Assembly (NCBI RefSeq): GCF_020073745.1
Contig: NZ_JAIRAU010000047.1
Location: forward strand, 29,990 to 93,989
DNA: 64,000 nucleotides
Source: Nannocystis pusilla
GTDB lineage: Bacteria; Myxococcota_A; Polyangia; Nannocystales; Nannocystaceae
Direction: 5' to 3'
In this document: positions 28,826 through 40,836 of the stretch, piece after piece
How positions within the stretch are numbered: position 1 is the stretch's first letter
Layout of the letters: each line of letters starts with the position of its first letter
The notes under the pieces: model-generated
The model's database searches: none
Told to the model about the DNA's origin: nothing
Seen by the model: only the letters and a program-made list of their open reading frames with translations
Made by a program: the position numbers and the translations under genes

Positions 28826-29629
28826 TCACGGCACCAGGTACGGCAGCCCCGGCGGCGGCGTGTAGCCCGGCAGCGCGCCGAGGGCCAGCACGGCGCGCAG
28901 CACCTGCGTCGCCGCGAACATCGCCGCCGGCACCAGCGCGACCACGAAGCCGCGGATCGGCGGCAGCTGATGCGTCCCCGTGAGCGCGTTGCCGGCGACC
29001 ACGAACGTCAGCAGCGTCAGCGCCCCCAGCCCGCCGAGGTAGACCTCGAGCGACAGGGCGCCGACGTACAGCGGCAGGTCGAGCAGCGCCACCCCGAGCA
29101 GCGCCGGCGCCAGCGCGTAGCCGACGGCCCGCATCGTCGCCGCGATCGAGCGCGGCGCCCCGCCGGTCAGCGTCAGCGCGACGTGGGTGGCGATCCCCAG
29201 CCCCGCGTAGAGCAGCGGCACCCCGACCGGCGCCATGAGCAGCAGCCACAGCGCCAGCGCCTCGATCAGGCTCGGCTCGAGCAGCGGGATCCCCTGGCCG
29301 GCGGGGGCTGGCGGGCCCAGCACCGCCAGCGCCACCAGCAGCGGCGCCCACAGCGGCAGTCGAACCGTCAGCAGCAGGCGCAGCGCCGCCCCGTGGTCGA
29401 CCGGTTCGTGTACGTATTGAAAGCTGCGGCGCGGGCGGACCAGCAGGGCCGCCAGCGACCGTCGCACTCGCCAGCCCCAGCCGGGCAGCGCCGCGGCCGA
29501 GCCGCCTTCGGCCTCGCGCGGCCACTCCACCGGCAGCGCGCTCCACAGGGCCCCGGTGTCGGCCAGCAGCTCGCGACCCTTCGCCTCCTGGCGGACGCGC
29601 GCCGCGCTCGCAATTCCAGGCTCAGCCAT
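28826..29629 (-). CDS. polytopic membrane protein (Yip1-like?)
   Basis: Start MAEPGIASAARV, with the ATG complement at 29627-29629. Five or six hydrophobic helices (LLLTVRLPLWAPLLVALAVLG, ALALWLLLMAPVGVPLLYAGLGIA, ...). Confidence 0.5.
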   Translation of the reverse strand: MAEPGIASAARVRQEAKGRELLADTGALWSALPVEWPREAEGGSAAALPGWGWRVRRSLAALLVRPRRSFQYVHEPVDHGAALRLLLTVRLPLWAPLLVALAVLGPPAPAGQGIPLLEPSLIEALALWLLLMAPVGVPLLYAGLGIATHVALTLTGGAPRSIAATMRAVGYALAPALLGVALLDLPLYVGALSLEVYLGGLGALTLLTFVVAGNALTGTHQLPPIRGFVVALVPAAMFAATQVLRAVLALGALPGYTPPPGLPYLVP

Positions 29630-29717
29630 TCGTGGCGAGAGTGTAACCGACTCCGGCCGGCGCGGACCCGCATCGGGCCCTTCCCGTGAGCCCGGGCTCG
29701 CGCGTAAGCTGACGGAC

Positions 29718-30380
29718 ATGGTTCGCCTCCTCCTCGCCGCCGCGCTCGTGCTGCCCGCCGCGGGCTGTCGCAAGCGCGAGGTCGTCGCCGACATGGACTA
29801 CGACGATCCGAAGGCGGCGATCGCCGCCATGGAGAGCCAGGAGCGCGAGTCGTGGGAGATGCCCGACCGGATCGTCCGCAGCCTCCCGATCCCCGGCAAG
29901 GACGCCGTGATCGCCGACATCGGCGCCGGCGCCGGTTACTTCTCGCGTCGGCTCGCCGCCGAGGTCCCGGCCGGCACCGTCTACGCCGTCGACATCGACG
30001 ACGAGTTCCGCTCGTACATCGAGAACAACCGCGAGGACTGGGGCACCCCCAACATCCAGCCGCACCTCGCCTTCTACGACGACCCCGCGCTGCCCGAGAA
30101 GGCGATCGACCTCGTGTTCGTCGCCAACACCTACGCCTATCTGCGCGCCCGCGTGAACTACTTCAAGAAGGTTCACAACGCGCTCAAGCCCGGCGGCCAC
30201 CTCGTCATCGTCGACTTCCGGCCCGAGTCCACCCCGCCGGAGAAGTTCGCCCCCGAGCCGAAGTACCGCTTCTCGCGCGACGCCATCGTCGGCGAGCTCG
30301 CCCAGGCCGGCTTCGTCCTCGAGCGTGAGGAAGAATACCTCCCGCACCAGTACTACTTGATCTTCGCCAAGCAGCCGTAG
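29718..30380 (+). CDS. class I SAM-dependent methyltransferase, lipoprotein-anchored
   Basis: MVRLLLAAALVLPAAGC lipobox. SAM-binding motif I ADIGAGAGYFS and post-I acidic residue (VYAVDID). Confidence 0.7.
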   Translation: MVRLLLAAALVLPAAGCRKREVVADMDYDDPKAAIAAMESQERESWEMPDRIVRSLPIPGKDAVIADIGAGAGYFSRRLAAEVPAGTVYAVDIDDEFRSYIENNREDWGTPNIQPHLAFYDDPALPEKAIDLVFVANTYAYLRARVNYFKKVHNALKPGGHLVIVDFRPESTPPEKFAPEPKYRFSRDAIVGELAQAGFVLEREEEYLPHQYYLIFAKQP

Positions 30381-30382
30381 CC

Positions 30383-31204
30383 ATGCCTGCGTCGCGCCCG
30401 CCCCGTTTTCCCGGCCTCGTCGACACCCACTGCCACCTCGACTACCCGCCGATGATCGACGACCTCGGCGCCACCCTTCAGCGGGCCGCCGACGCCGGCG
30501 TCGAGCAGATGATCCACATCGGTTGCTCGCGGGCCAGCGCCCCGCGGGCCGTCGCCCTCGTCGCCCCGTACCCGCACCTGTTCGCGGCCGTCGGCATCCA
30601 CCCGCACGACGCCAGCGAGGCCGACGACGCCGCTCTCGCCGAGATCGCCGCCCTCGCCCGGGACGCCAAGGTCGTCGCCGTCGGCGAGACCGGCCTCGAC
30701 TACCACTACAACCGCAGCCCGCCCGACGCGCAAAAGCGCGCCCTGGCCGCCCACCGCGAGATCGCCCGCGAGCTCGGCAAGCCGCTGGTCCTGCACATCC
30801 GCGACGCCCACGCCGACGCCCTGGCGATCCTCGGCGACGCCCCCCCGCTGCCGCGCGGCGGCGTCGTCCACTGCTTCACCGGCACCCCCGCCGAGGCCGA
30901 GCAGTGGCTCGCGCGCGGCTACCTCCTCTCCTTCTCCGGCATCGCCACCTTTCCCCAGGCCGGCGGCCTGCGCGACGCGGCCCGCCTGTGCCCCGCCGAC
31001 CGGCTCCTGCTCGAGACCGACGCGCCCTACCTCGCCCCCGTGCCCGTGCGCGGCCGCAAGAACGAGCCGGCCAACGTCGCCTTCACCTGCGCGCACCTCG
31101 CCGGCGTCCGCGGCGACGATCCAGCCGCCCTGGCCGTCCAGGCCGGCGCCAACGCCCGCGCCTTCTTCCGCCTGCCGGCTCCGGCCGCCGCCGCGAGCGC
31201 GTGA
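30383..31204 (+). CDS. tatD: TatD family metal-dependent deoxyribonuclease/hydrolase
   Basis: DTHCHLD start motif, GIHPHD, ETGLDYHY, and HxR/D metal ligands in TatD spacing. Confidence 0.85.
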   Translation: MPASRPPRFPGLVDTHCHLDYPPMIDDLGATLQRAADAGVEQMIHIGCSRASAPRAVALVAPYPHLFAAVGIHPHDASEADDAALAEIAALARDAKVVAVGETGLDYHYNRSPPDAQKRALAAHREIARELGKPLVLHIRDAHADALAILGDAPPLPRGGVVHCFTGTPAEAEQWLARGYLLSFSGIATFPQAGGLRDAARLCPADRLLLETDAPYLAPVPVRGRKNEPANVAFTCAHLAGVRGDDPAALAVQAGANARAFFRLPAPAAAASA

Positions 31205-31349
31205 GGCAAATCCGCGGTCCAGCCGGCCCGCCTCGGCCCTGTGGTTGACGCCCGGCGCGATCGCGGGCACCTTCCCCGTCCCTGCGGCGCCTCGCTCTTC
31301 GCCCGTTCCAACGTGAAGGAAGCCGCGACCGCAAGGGCTCCGGAGAAAC

Positions 31350-32021
<672 letters not shown>

Positions 32022-32023
32022 AG

Positions 32024-32049
32024 GCCCTGTCCTTCGGGACATGTCCCCA
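32024..32049. repeat. two RCATGYCC units (ggccctgtcc / GGACATGTCCCC) between rplC and rlmE
   Basis: Read directly, immediately after the rplC stop. Confidence 0.6.
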
Positions 32050-32094
32050 AGTTCGAGCCGGCCGCGCGCCGGCTCGGCTGCTTAAGAGACCGTC

Positions 32095-32715
32095 ATGCCC
32101 CGCCCCCGCCTCAGCGACAAGGCCTACCGCCACGACGCCGCCTACCAGCGCGCCAAGCAGGAGAACTACGCCGCGCGCGCGGTCTACAAGCTCGAGGAGA
32201 TCGACAAGCGGTTCCACATCCTGCGCCAGGGCGCGCGCGTGCTCGACCTCGGCTGCTGGCCCGGCTCGTGGATGCAGTACGCCGGCGACCGCGTGACCGA
32301 GACCGGCTACGTCCTCGGCCTCGACCTCAAGCCGGTCGCCCTCAGCTTCCCCGCCCACGTCGAGCACCGGATCGCCGACGTGTTCGAGTGGGCCCCCGCG
32401 CCCGACCTCGCCCCCTTCGACGTCGTCCTCAGCGACATGGCCCCGCACACCACCGGCGACCGCCACACCGACGTCGTCCGCAGCGAGGGCCTCGCCGAGC
32501 GCGCCCTCGACATCGCCTGCATGGTCCTTCGGCCAGGCGGCCACCTGGTCGCCAAGGTGTTTCAGGGCGGCGGCTTCGGCGAGCTGCTCAAGCGCTTCCG
32601 CGCCAGCTTCCAGGAAGCCCGCCCCTACCACGCCAAGAACTCGCGCGCCTCGAGCACCGAGCAGTACCTCGTCGGCCGCGGCCTCAGGGCCAGCGCCACC
32701 GCCCGCCGGCCCTGA
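32095..32715 (+). CDS. rlmE: 23S rRNA (uridine-2'-O)-methyltransferase RlmE (FtsJ)
   Basis: RSRAAYKLEEIDKRFHIL, VLDLGCWPGSWMQY, DVVLSDMAPHTTG. Confidence 0.85.
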   Translation: MPRPRLSDKAYRHDAAYQRAKQENYAARAVYKLEEIDKRFHILRQGARVLDLGCWPGSWMQYAGDRVTETGYVLGLDLKPVALSFPAHVEHRIADVFEWAPAPDLAPFDVVLSDMAPHTTGDRHTDVVRSEGLAERALDIACMVLRPGGHLVAKVFQGGGFGELLKRFRASFQEARPYHAKNSRASSTEQYLVGRGLRASATARRP

Positions 32716-32746
32716 GCTCGAAGAGCCCAGCGCTCGACGCGGGTGT

Positions 32747-33244
32747 TCAGCACGCCGGCTCGGACGCGCAGACGAGCACCTTCGCCACGCCCTCGTAGGG
32801 CTGACCGCCGCCGGTCACGAACTCGTAGCGCAGCTCGGCCTCGTCGCCGGCGATCGAGACGACCTCGAGCGAGCCGTCCACCGCGACGTCGTCGCCATCG
32901 ATGCCGTCGGGGTACCACCGGGCGTGCAGCACCTCCGCGAGCGGCTCGTCTCGCCCGGTCTTCCAGGCCTGTCCGGCCGCCAGCGCGCCCGTGTCGCTCC
33001 CGTAGGTCGAATAGCTGACGAACGGCCCCTGCGGAAACGAGCCGCCGCATTCGCCGTCCAGGCCGATGGTGAAGGCCACGCTGATCGTCGCGCCGGTGCT
33101 GCACCAGTTGTCCACCGCGCCCACCGCGGGCAGCGACAGCGGCTCCTCGTCCGCCGTCGTCGCGCTCCCGTCGTCCTGGCACCCGCCGAGGAGAAAGAGG
33201 ACCACGAGCGCGGCTCCGAGGCCGCGATGCGAATGCATCTTCAT
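32747..33244 (-). CDS. small lipoprotein, function unknown
   Basis: MKMHSHRGLGAALVVLFLLGGC lipobox, with the ATG complement at 33242-33244. High GC3. Confidence 0.5.
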   Translation of the reverse strand: MKMHSHRGLGAALVVLFLLGGCQDDGSATTADEEPLSLPAVGAVDNWCSTGATISVAFTIGLDGECGGSFPQGPFVSYSTYGSDTGALAAGQAWKTGRDEPLAEVLHARWYPDGIDGDDVAVDGSLEVVSIAGDEAELRYEFVTGGGQPYEGVAKVLVCASEPAC

Positions 33245-33685
33245 AAAGCTCCAGTGGCTGCGCACCCGCCGACAATTGCGTGGCCCATGCGAGCCCATCA
33301 AGCGAGCGTTTTCGCGCACCCCGGATCGGCAGCCGGGCACGAACGCGCCTCGGTGATGGGCGCGAATTCGCCCCTCACCTCCCGCAACTGCCGTTCGCTC
33401 GCCTCGCACGAGCAGCCCCACAAACGCAGGCGTCAGCCTCGCCCGCGACGCGATCTCCCTGTCCCGAAGGCCAGCTCCGCGCGCTGCCGCTCGCCGCTTT
33501 TCCCGCCGTTCTGCGCGCGTCTCCGCCCCGGCCGTGAAACGGCCCCCGGGCCGCTACAGCGGCCGATTCGCGGCTCTGCGCAGTTTTGCGCCGCGCGATT
33601 TGGTTGGTCCACTCCTGATCAAGAGTTCAGGGCAGCATGGGTGATCACTGGACACTGATTATGTGTTCAGTGCAGATCCCAACCC

Positions 33686-34006
33686 ATGCAACGCCGTCGC
33701 CGACTCCGGATCACTCCCACACCGATCCGTGAAATCCCCGCCCCGGACGACCCCGGTCTGCCGGACGTGGCGCCGCGACCCGAGCCGGAGCCGCGGAAGC
33801 CGCCGGAGCCGGAGCCGGAGGGCCCGGATCTGCCCGCCCCGGTGCCGCCGCGCGATCCGCGGGATTGCCTCGGTGCCACCTGGAGGGAGCCGCACCTGTG
33901 GGCCGCGATTCGCGCGCAGCGCGACGCCGATCGCCGGCGGAGGGCCGCTTTCCTGGCCGCACGCCGCCCGAGCCGGCCCGTCTTCGTCTCCGACTCGCTC
34001 GTGTGA
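33686..34006 (+). CDS. possible small Pro/Arg/Glu-rich protein (doubtful)
   Basis: 106-aa ORF with high GC3 in an otherwise about 690-bp gap upstream of typA. No motif support. Could be non-coding leader sequence. Confidence 0.2.
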   Translation: MQRRRRLRITPTPIREIPAPDDPGLPDVAPRPEPEPRKPPEPEPEGPDLPAPVPPRDPRDCLGATWREPHLWAAIRAQRDADRRRRAAFLAARRPSRPVFVSDSLV

Positions 34007-34110
34007 CCGTCCTGGCGCCGGCGCGAACGCCCGTGCCGCTCACATCGGCCCGACTTGCCAGCGCATCGCCGCCGGGTTTACTTCCCGCCGCCGCCTAAAA
34101 AACGGCGTCT

Positions 34111-35973
<1,863 letters not shown>

Positions 35974-36145
35974 CCCGCATGCGTCGCGCCTCGCCGCGAC
36001 CCTCGTGAACCTCGCGCGCGCGACGAGCTTCGGCTCGCCGCGCGCGGCCGTTTTTGCCCGACCGCGTGCCTCGACGCGTGCCATCCGCTCGCCGGCTCGC
36101 GCCAGTTCGTCGGCGCGGTGCCCCCGGGTGTATCGTCGCCTGCGG

Positions 36146-37501
36146 ATGTTCGTCGCGCATCGTCGCCGTCTCGCCGCCGGTCGGGGTCTTCTCCTCCTCC
36201 TGCCTCTTTTCGGCGCCTGCCGCCCCGCCCGCGAGACCGCGCCGCCGGTCGAGGCCCCCGCGGCCACGAGCGACCTCCAGCGCGCCTACGACCTCCCGCG
36301 CACCGACCTCGCCTGGACCGCCCGCGACTACATCAAGGCCCGCGACGTCCTCGTCCGTCTCGAGCGCGAGCGCCCCGAATTGCTCCCGCGCCTCGACGGT
36401 CCCGACGCCGCGCTCATGGCCCGGCTCACCGGGCTCGCCGACGTCGAGGCCGCCGCCGGCGGCGTCGCCGACACCGACGAGCTGCTCGCCTTCAGCCAGG
36501 CCGGCGCCGACATCCTGCACATCTACAGCGCCCGCGCGCTGACCCGCAACGAGTACGGCCGCGAGTACGTCGCCGTCGCCGTCGCCTACTTCAAGCTCGG
36601 CGTCCTCCAGTTCGAGGCCATCCTCGTCGCCGAGAAGCTCGACGAGGCCGCCCTGCGAGCCAACGACGTCCGCCGCCAGGCCTTCGTCGAGGTCCGCTTC
36701 CACCTCGCGCGCGGCGTCCACGACGTCCTCGCCAGCGCGCTCGCCCTGCCCCGCGTCATCGACCCGGCCCACACCGCAGCCACCCTCGCCCCGATCGCCG
36801 CCGACGTCGCCCCGTGGTTCCTCCCCGAGGAGCGCGACCGGATCCTCGACCTCGCCGATCGCCTCGCCGCCGCCGGCGTCCCCGACCCCGACCTCGCCAC
36901 CTTGCGCACCGCCTTCGCCCCCGATCGCGAGGCTCACCCGATCGTCGACGCCTTCGCCGAGGAGCACCGCGAGTTCCTCGACAAGAAAGAGGCGCTGCTC
37001 GCCGCCGTCGCGGCCGGCGATCTCACGCCGGTCGAGGTCGGCCGCGAGGGCGAGTGGACCCGCTGGGCCTTCCCCGAGGCTGGCTTCTCGGCCGCCTTCC
37101 CCGCCAGACCGAACGCGCAGAAGCAGAGCCACACCGCGAGCGACGGCGTGGCGATGACGACCCGCACGCTCGGGCTGAAGCAGGCCGGGCGGATCTGGCG
37201 GCTCGCCAGCTGCATCACCCGCGCCCAGCCGATCGCCGGCCGCACCCGCGACGACGACGTCAAGAGCATCGCCGCGACGATGCACCTCGAGGGGCTGCGC
37301 CCGATCACCGTCGAGGGCGCCGCCGGCCTCGAGGGCAGCCTCACCACCGACACCGCCCACGGCCTCGTCCGCGTCGTCGGCCTGTCCGACACCACCTCCT
37401 GCATCGTCAGCATCGACGTCCCCAGGGACCTCGCGCGGGAGCTCGACGGCGAGATGCGGCGCTTCGTCGACTCCTTCCGCCTCGCCGGCTTCCGCGGTTG
37501 A
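36146..37501 (+). CDS. lipoprotein, function unknown
   Basis: MFVAHRRRLAAGRGLLLLLPLFGAC lipobox. 451 aa. No recognisable catalytic motif. Confidence 0.5.
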   Translation: MFVAHRRRLAAGRGLLLLLPLFGACRPARETAPPVEAPAATSDLQRAYDLPRTDLAWTARDYIKARDVLVRLERERPELLPRLDGPDAALMARLTGLADVEAAAGGVADTDELLAFSQAGADILHIYSARALTRNEYGREYVAVAVAYFKLGVLQFEAILVAEKLDEAALRANDVRRQAFVEVRFHLARGVHDVLASALALPRVIDPAHTAATLAPIAADVAPWFLPEERDRILDLADRLAAAGVPDPDLATLRTAFAPDREAHPIVDAFAEEHREFLDKKEALLAAVAAGDLTPVEVGREGEWTRWAFPEAGFSAAFPARPNAQKQSHTASDGVAMTTRTLGLKQAGRIWRLASCITRAQPIAGRTRDDDVKSIAATMHLEGLRPITVEGAAGLEGSLTTDTAHGLVRVVGLSDTTSCIVSIDVPRDLARELDGEMRRFVDSFRLAGFRG

Positions 37502-37588
37502 GCCCTCGCGCACAGCCGTGCAGCGATCTGCGTGGCCGCCCGCTGAGCCTCGCGCGGCATCGGCCGCGACGTGGTACCTCTGCGGGGC

Positions 37589-38089
37589 ATGGGATTCTTC
37601 GACAAGGCCAAGCAGTTCCTCGGCGGCAAGAACATGGCGAGCGTCGCCATCACCGTCATCGAGCGTCAACCGGCGGAGACCGCCACCTTTCCGGTCACCG
37701 ACTCGGTGCTCAAGGGCACGATGGTGATCACCGGCCAGCAGGACTGCATTCTGCTGGCGACCAAGTACGAAGTGTGGCTGTACATCAAGAAGGACGACGT
37801 CGAGTCGCCGTTCCTCGTCGTCGCCGAGAAGGATCCCGATCCCAACGTCAGCTACTCGGACAGCTGCCTCAAGATGCCGTGCGACCTCAAGCCCGGGCAG
37901 GTCATCACCCAGCCGTGGATGGTGAGCGACGTCGACCTCGCCGGCATCCTCGCGCGCAACGGCTTCCCCGATCCCAACGCCGCCACACGTGACCCGCGAG
38001 TGCGGCTCGTCGTCAAATGCATCGCCGACGTCAAGGGCTCGCCGTTCGATCCGAGCGCGGAGGTCACCGTCCGCCTCGCGCCGGCCTGA
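37589..38089 (+). CDS. hypothetical cytoplasmic protein
   Basis: Start MGFFDKAKQFLGG, with an alternative ATG at 37571. Moderate GC3. No domain recognised. Confidence 0.4.
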   Translation: MGFFDKAKQFLGGKNMASVAITVIERQPAETATFPVTDSVLKGTMVITGQQDCILLATKYEVWLYIKKDDVESPFLVVAEKDPDPNVSYSDSCLKMPCDLKPGQVITQPWMVSDVDLAGILARNGFPDPNAATRDPRVRLVVKCIADVKGSPFDPSAEVTVRLAPA

Positions 38090-38157
38090 ATCGCGCATGC
38101 TGTCCCCGGGGCCGTGCGCGCCCCTGCGCGCGTCCCCGTGGCACATTCGCCGGCACG

Positions 38158-38778
38158 ATGAACATCGACCTCTCCAAGTTTTTGACCGTGGCCGCGCTCA
38201 TGAGCCAGGGCCTCGGCACAGCCGCCTGCACGATCAATCTCGGCAACGGCCTGACCGACACCAACATCGGCCCCGAGACCTCGACCACGAGCACGACCGG
38301 CGCCACCGACGCTACGACCATCACCGACGGCGGGACCGAGGGCACCGCGACCGGCACGGACACGAGCGTGCCGACCACCACCGACGCGCCGACCAGCACC
38401 GACGCGACCGCCGGCACCGCCACCGACGCCACTACCGGAACCGCCACCGACGCCACCACCGGCGAGGGCTTCGTCTGCAGCGACGGCACCGCGCTCGAGA
38501 ACCCCGCCTGGGTCTGCGATGAGAACCCCGACTGCCCCGACGGCTCCGACGAGGTCACCGGCTGCGGCCTCGACGCCTTCACCTGCAGCGGCGACAAGCA
38601 GGAGATCCCCGCGACCTGGGCCTGCGACGAGGTCCCCGACTGCGCGGACAACTCCGACGAGGTCACCGGCTGCGGCGAGGAGGCCTTCACCTGCGCCGAT
38701 GGCCTCGAGATCCCGGCGGCCTGGAAGTGCGACACGGCCCAGGACTGCGCCGACGGCTCCGACGAGGCCGACTGCTGA
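38158..38778 (+). CDS. lipoprotein with Thr-rich linker and three LDL-receptor class A-like modules
   Basis: MNIDLSKFLTVAALMSQGLGTAAC lipobox. Three repeats fitting the LDLa consensus C-x-D-G-x-x-I-P-x-x-W-x-C-D-x-x-x-D-C-x-D-x-S-D-E (e.g. FTCSGDKQEIPATWACDEVPDCADNSDEVTGC). Confidence 0.65.
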   Translation: MNIDLSKFLTVAALMSQGLGTAACTINLGNGLTDTNIGPETSTTSTTGATDATTITDGGTEGTATGTDTSVPTTTDAPTSTDATAGTATDATTGTATDATTGEGFVCSDGTALENPAWVCDENPDCPDGSDEVTGCGLDAFTCSGDKQEIPATWACDEVPDCADNSDEVTGCGEEAFTCADGLEIPAAWKCDTAQDCADGSDEADC

Positions 38779-38787
38779 ATAGCCCCG

Positions 38788-38826
38788 GGGACGTGTCCTT
38801 TTCGACATGCCCCGAAGCACATGACC
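38788..38826. repeat. three RCATGYCC units between convergent genes (gggacgtgtcc / gacatgcccc / cacatgacc)
   Basis: Read directly after the LDLa-lipoprotein stop. Confidence 0.6.
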
Positions 38827-38851
38827 ACCAGGCGGCCGCGCGGGCCCGCCG

Positions 38852-40090
38852 TCAGCCGGCGCTCTCGCCGAGGATCCGCCGCACCTCGACCACGTCGGAG
38901 AACGGCCGCGTCTGTCCGCGGCAGACCTGGCCCTCCTCGTGGCCCTTGCCGGCGATGACGACCACGTCGCCGGCGCCGGCCTCCGCGAGCGCACCCGCGA
39001 TCGCCCGCGCCCGATCGAGCTCGATCGTCCACGTCGCCCGCCGGCCCTGCAGGCCCTCGCTCACCATCGCCGCGATCGCGGCCGGGTCCTCGTCGCGCGG
39101 GTTGTCGCTCGTCACCACCGCGACGTCCGCGTGCGCACCCACGGCCTCGCCCATCGGCGCCCGCTTCTCCGGCGTCGAGTTGCCGCCCGCGCCGAACACC
39201 ACGATCACGCGCCCCGCCGCGCCCGCCAGCCGCCGCGCCGTCGCGCACGTGCAAGCCAGCGCGTCCGGCGAGTGCGCGTAGTCGACGGCGATCGTCGGCC
39301 GGCCCGCCCCGTGCAACAGCACCTCGAAGCGGCCCGGCACCACCGGACAGGCCGCGATCCCGTGCACCACCGCGGTCGCGGGCAACCCGGCCGCCAGCCC
39401 CGCGAGCGCGGCCGCCAGCGCGTTCTCGCCGAACACCTCGCCGACCATCCGCGTCGTCAGCACCCCGCCGAGCGCCGTCGCGGCCGGCGACGGCTGCAGC
39501 AGCACGCGCGTCCCCGTCGGTCCGACCTCGATCGCCGCCGCCTCGAGGTCCGCCGCGCGCAGCCGCGGGCCGCGGCCCGGCGCCGCGAACCAGCGCCGCT
39601 CCACGTCGCCGGGGATCGCCTGGTCGACGTACAGCGCGTGCTTGTCGGCCGCGTTGAGCACCGCCGCGCGCCCGGGGCCCAGGTGCATGAACAGCTGGGC
39701 CTTGGCCGCGAGGTAGTGCTCCCAGCTGCCGTGCGTGCCGAAGTGGTCGTCCGAGAGGTTGGTGAACACGCCCAGGTCGAACCGCCAGTTGCGCGCGTAG
39801 CCCTGCGCCAGCGCGTGGCTGGTCGTCTCGATCACCGCGTAGCGACAGCCGCGCGCGTGGGCCCGCTCGAGCGTCGCCACGAAGTCGGCGAACCGCTTGC
39901 CGCGCGGCCACGCCTCGTCGTCGAAGGCCACCCCGAGCGTCGACACCTGCAGCACGTGCAGCGCCGCCGTGCGCACCGCCGCCGCGATCATCCACGTCGT
40001 CGACGTCTTGCCGTTCGTGCCGGTGACCCCGAACGTGAACATCGACTCGGCCCACGGCGCCGCCGCCGCGACCGGGCGCGCGGCGCTCAC
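38852..40090 (-). CDS. Mur ligase family protein (MurE-like central and C-terminal domains, short N-terminus)
   Basis: GVTGTNGKTSTTWMI P-loop, DYAHSPDAL and C-terminal IAGKGHEEGQ, all typical of MurE-type ligases. Only about 20 residues precede the P-loop. Confidence 0.65.
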   Translation of the reverse strand: MSAARPVAAAAPWAESMFTFGVTGTNGKTSTTWMIAAAVRTAALHVLQVSTLGVAFDDEAWPRGKRFADFVATLERAHARGCRYAVIETTSHALAQGYARNWRFDLGVFTNLSDDHFGTHGSWEHYLAAKAQLFMHLGPGRAAVLNAADKHALYVDQAIPGDVERRWFAAPGRGPRLRAADLEAAAIEVGPTGTRVLLQPSPAATALGGVLTTRMVGEVFGENALAAALAGLAAGLPATAVVHGIAACPVVPGRFEVLLHGAGRPTIAVDYAHSPDALACTCATARRLAGAAGRVIVVFGAGGNSTPEKRAPMGEAVGAHADVAVVTSDNPRDEDPAAIAAMVSEGLQGRRATWTIELDRARAIAGALAEAGAGDVVVIAGKGHEEGQVCRGQTRPFSDVVEVRRILGESAG

Positions 40091-40142
40091 GACACGCCCC
40101 TTTCAACATGTCCCATCACACATGCTCCTGACGACATGCCCG
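40090..40142. repeat. four RCATGYCC units between trpF and the Mur ligase gene
   Basis: cgacacgcccc / aacatgtccc / cacatgctcc / gacatgcccg, with 4-nt spacers. Confidence 0.6.
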
Positions 40143-40147
40143 AACGT

Positions 40148-40774
40148 TCAGTCGCCGCGGCAGGCCGCCAGCAGCCGCTCGATCGCCGCCCGGTCCTTCT
40201 CGCCGCGGCGGGCGCCGGGCAGCTCGGTGCCGCTGGCGACGTCGAGCCCGGCCGGCCGCACCTGCTGGATCGCCAGGGCCGCGTTGGCCGGCGTGATCCC
40301 GCCGGCCAGCCACACCTCGAGCGGCGCGAGGCGCTGCACCGCCGCGGCGGCCCAGCCCCAGTCGGTCGTCTGGCCGGCGCCGCCGTAGCCGGGCACCGCG
40401 GCGTCGAGCAGCGCGCGGGCCGGGCGGGGCGTCGGCGCCCGCAGCTCGGCCAGCGCCGGTGTGCCGCGGACCACCCACAGGTACGGCAGCCCGAAGCCCG
40501 TCACCTCCTGCGCGCCGACGATCTGCACGAGGTCGAGCTGCAGCACCTCCGCCGCGCGTCGCACCTCTTCGGCCGTCGGCTCGACGAACACCCCGACGAG
40601 CTCGAGCCCCGGCGGCGGCCGCACCTCGGCCAGCAGCGCCTCGGCCGCGGCCAGCGTCAGCCCGCGGCGCGAGCCGCTCCACAGGTTGATCCCGACGGCG
40701 TCGACGCCCAGCTCGGCGCAGGCCGCCAGGTCCTGCGGCCGCGTCACCCCGCACACCTTGAGCTTCACGGACAT
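40148..40774 (-). CDS. trpF: phosphoribosylanthranilate isomerase
   Basis: MSVKLKVCGVTRPQDL ... typical PRAI TIM-barrel sequence. The ATG lies inside an exact GGACATGTCC palindrome. Confidence 0.85.
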   Translation of the reverse strand: MSVKLKVCGVTRPQDLAACAELGVDAVGINLWSGSRRGLTLAAAEALLAEVRPPPGLELVGVFVEPTAEEVRRAAEVLQLDLVQIVGAQEVTGFGLPYLWVVRGTPALAELRAPTPRPARALLDAAVPGYGGAGQTTDWGWAAAAVQRLAPLEVWLAGGITPANAALAIQQVRPAGLDVASGTELPGARRGEKDRAAIERLLAACRGD

Positions 40775-40820
40775 GTCCGAACCTTCCTGTCCCGATCACC
40801 CTGTCCCGGCGAACATGCCC
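40769..40820. repeat. motif array spanning the trpF start and the trpC-trpF gap
   Basis: GGACATGTCCG / ttcctgtcccg / ccctgtcccg / aacatgcccg. Confidence 0.6.
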
Positions 40821-40836
40821 GTACGAACAGCCTCGT

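Noticed and set aside
33560-34110. Locally AT-richer patch (33590-33690) upstream of typA considered as sRNA or promoter
   Set aside because: No clear -35/-10 pair or terminator. Only a doubtful Pro-rich ORF (33686-34006). Left as a low-confidence CDS.
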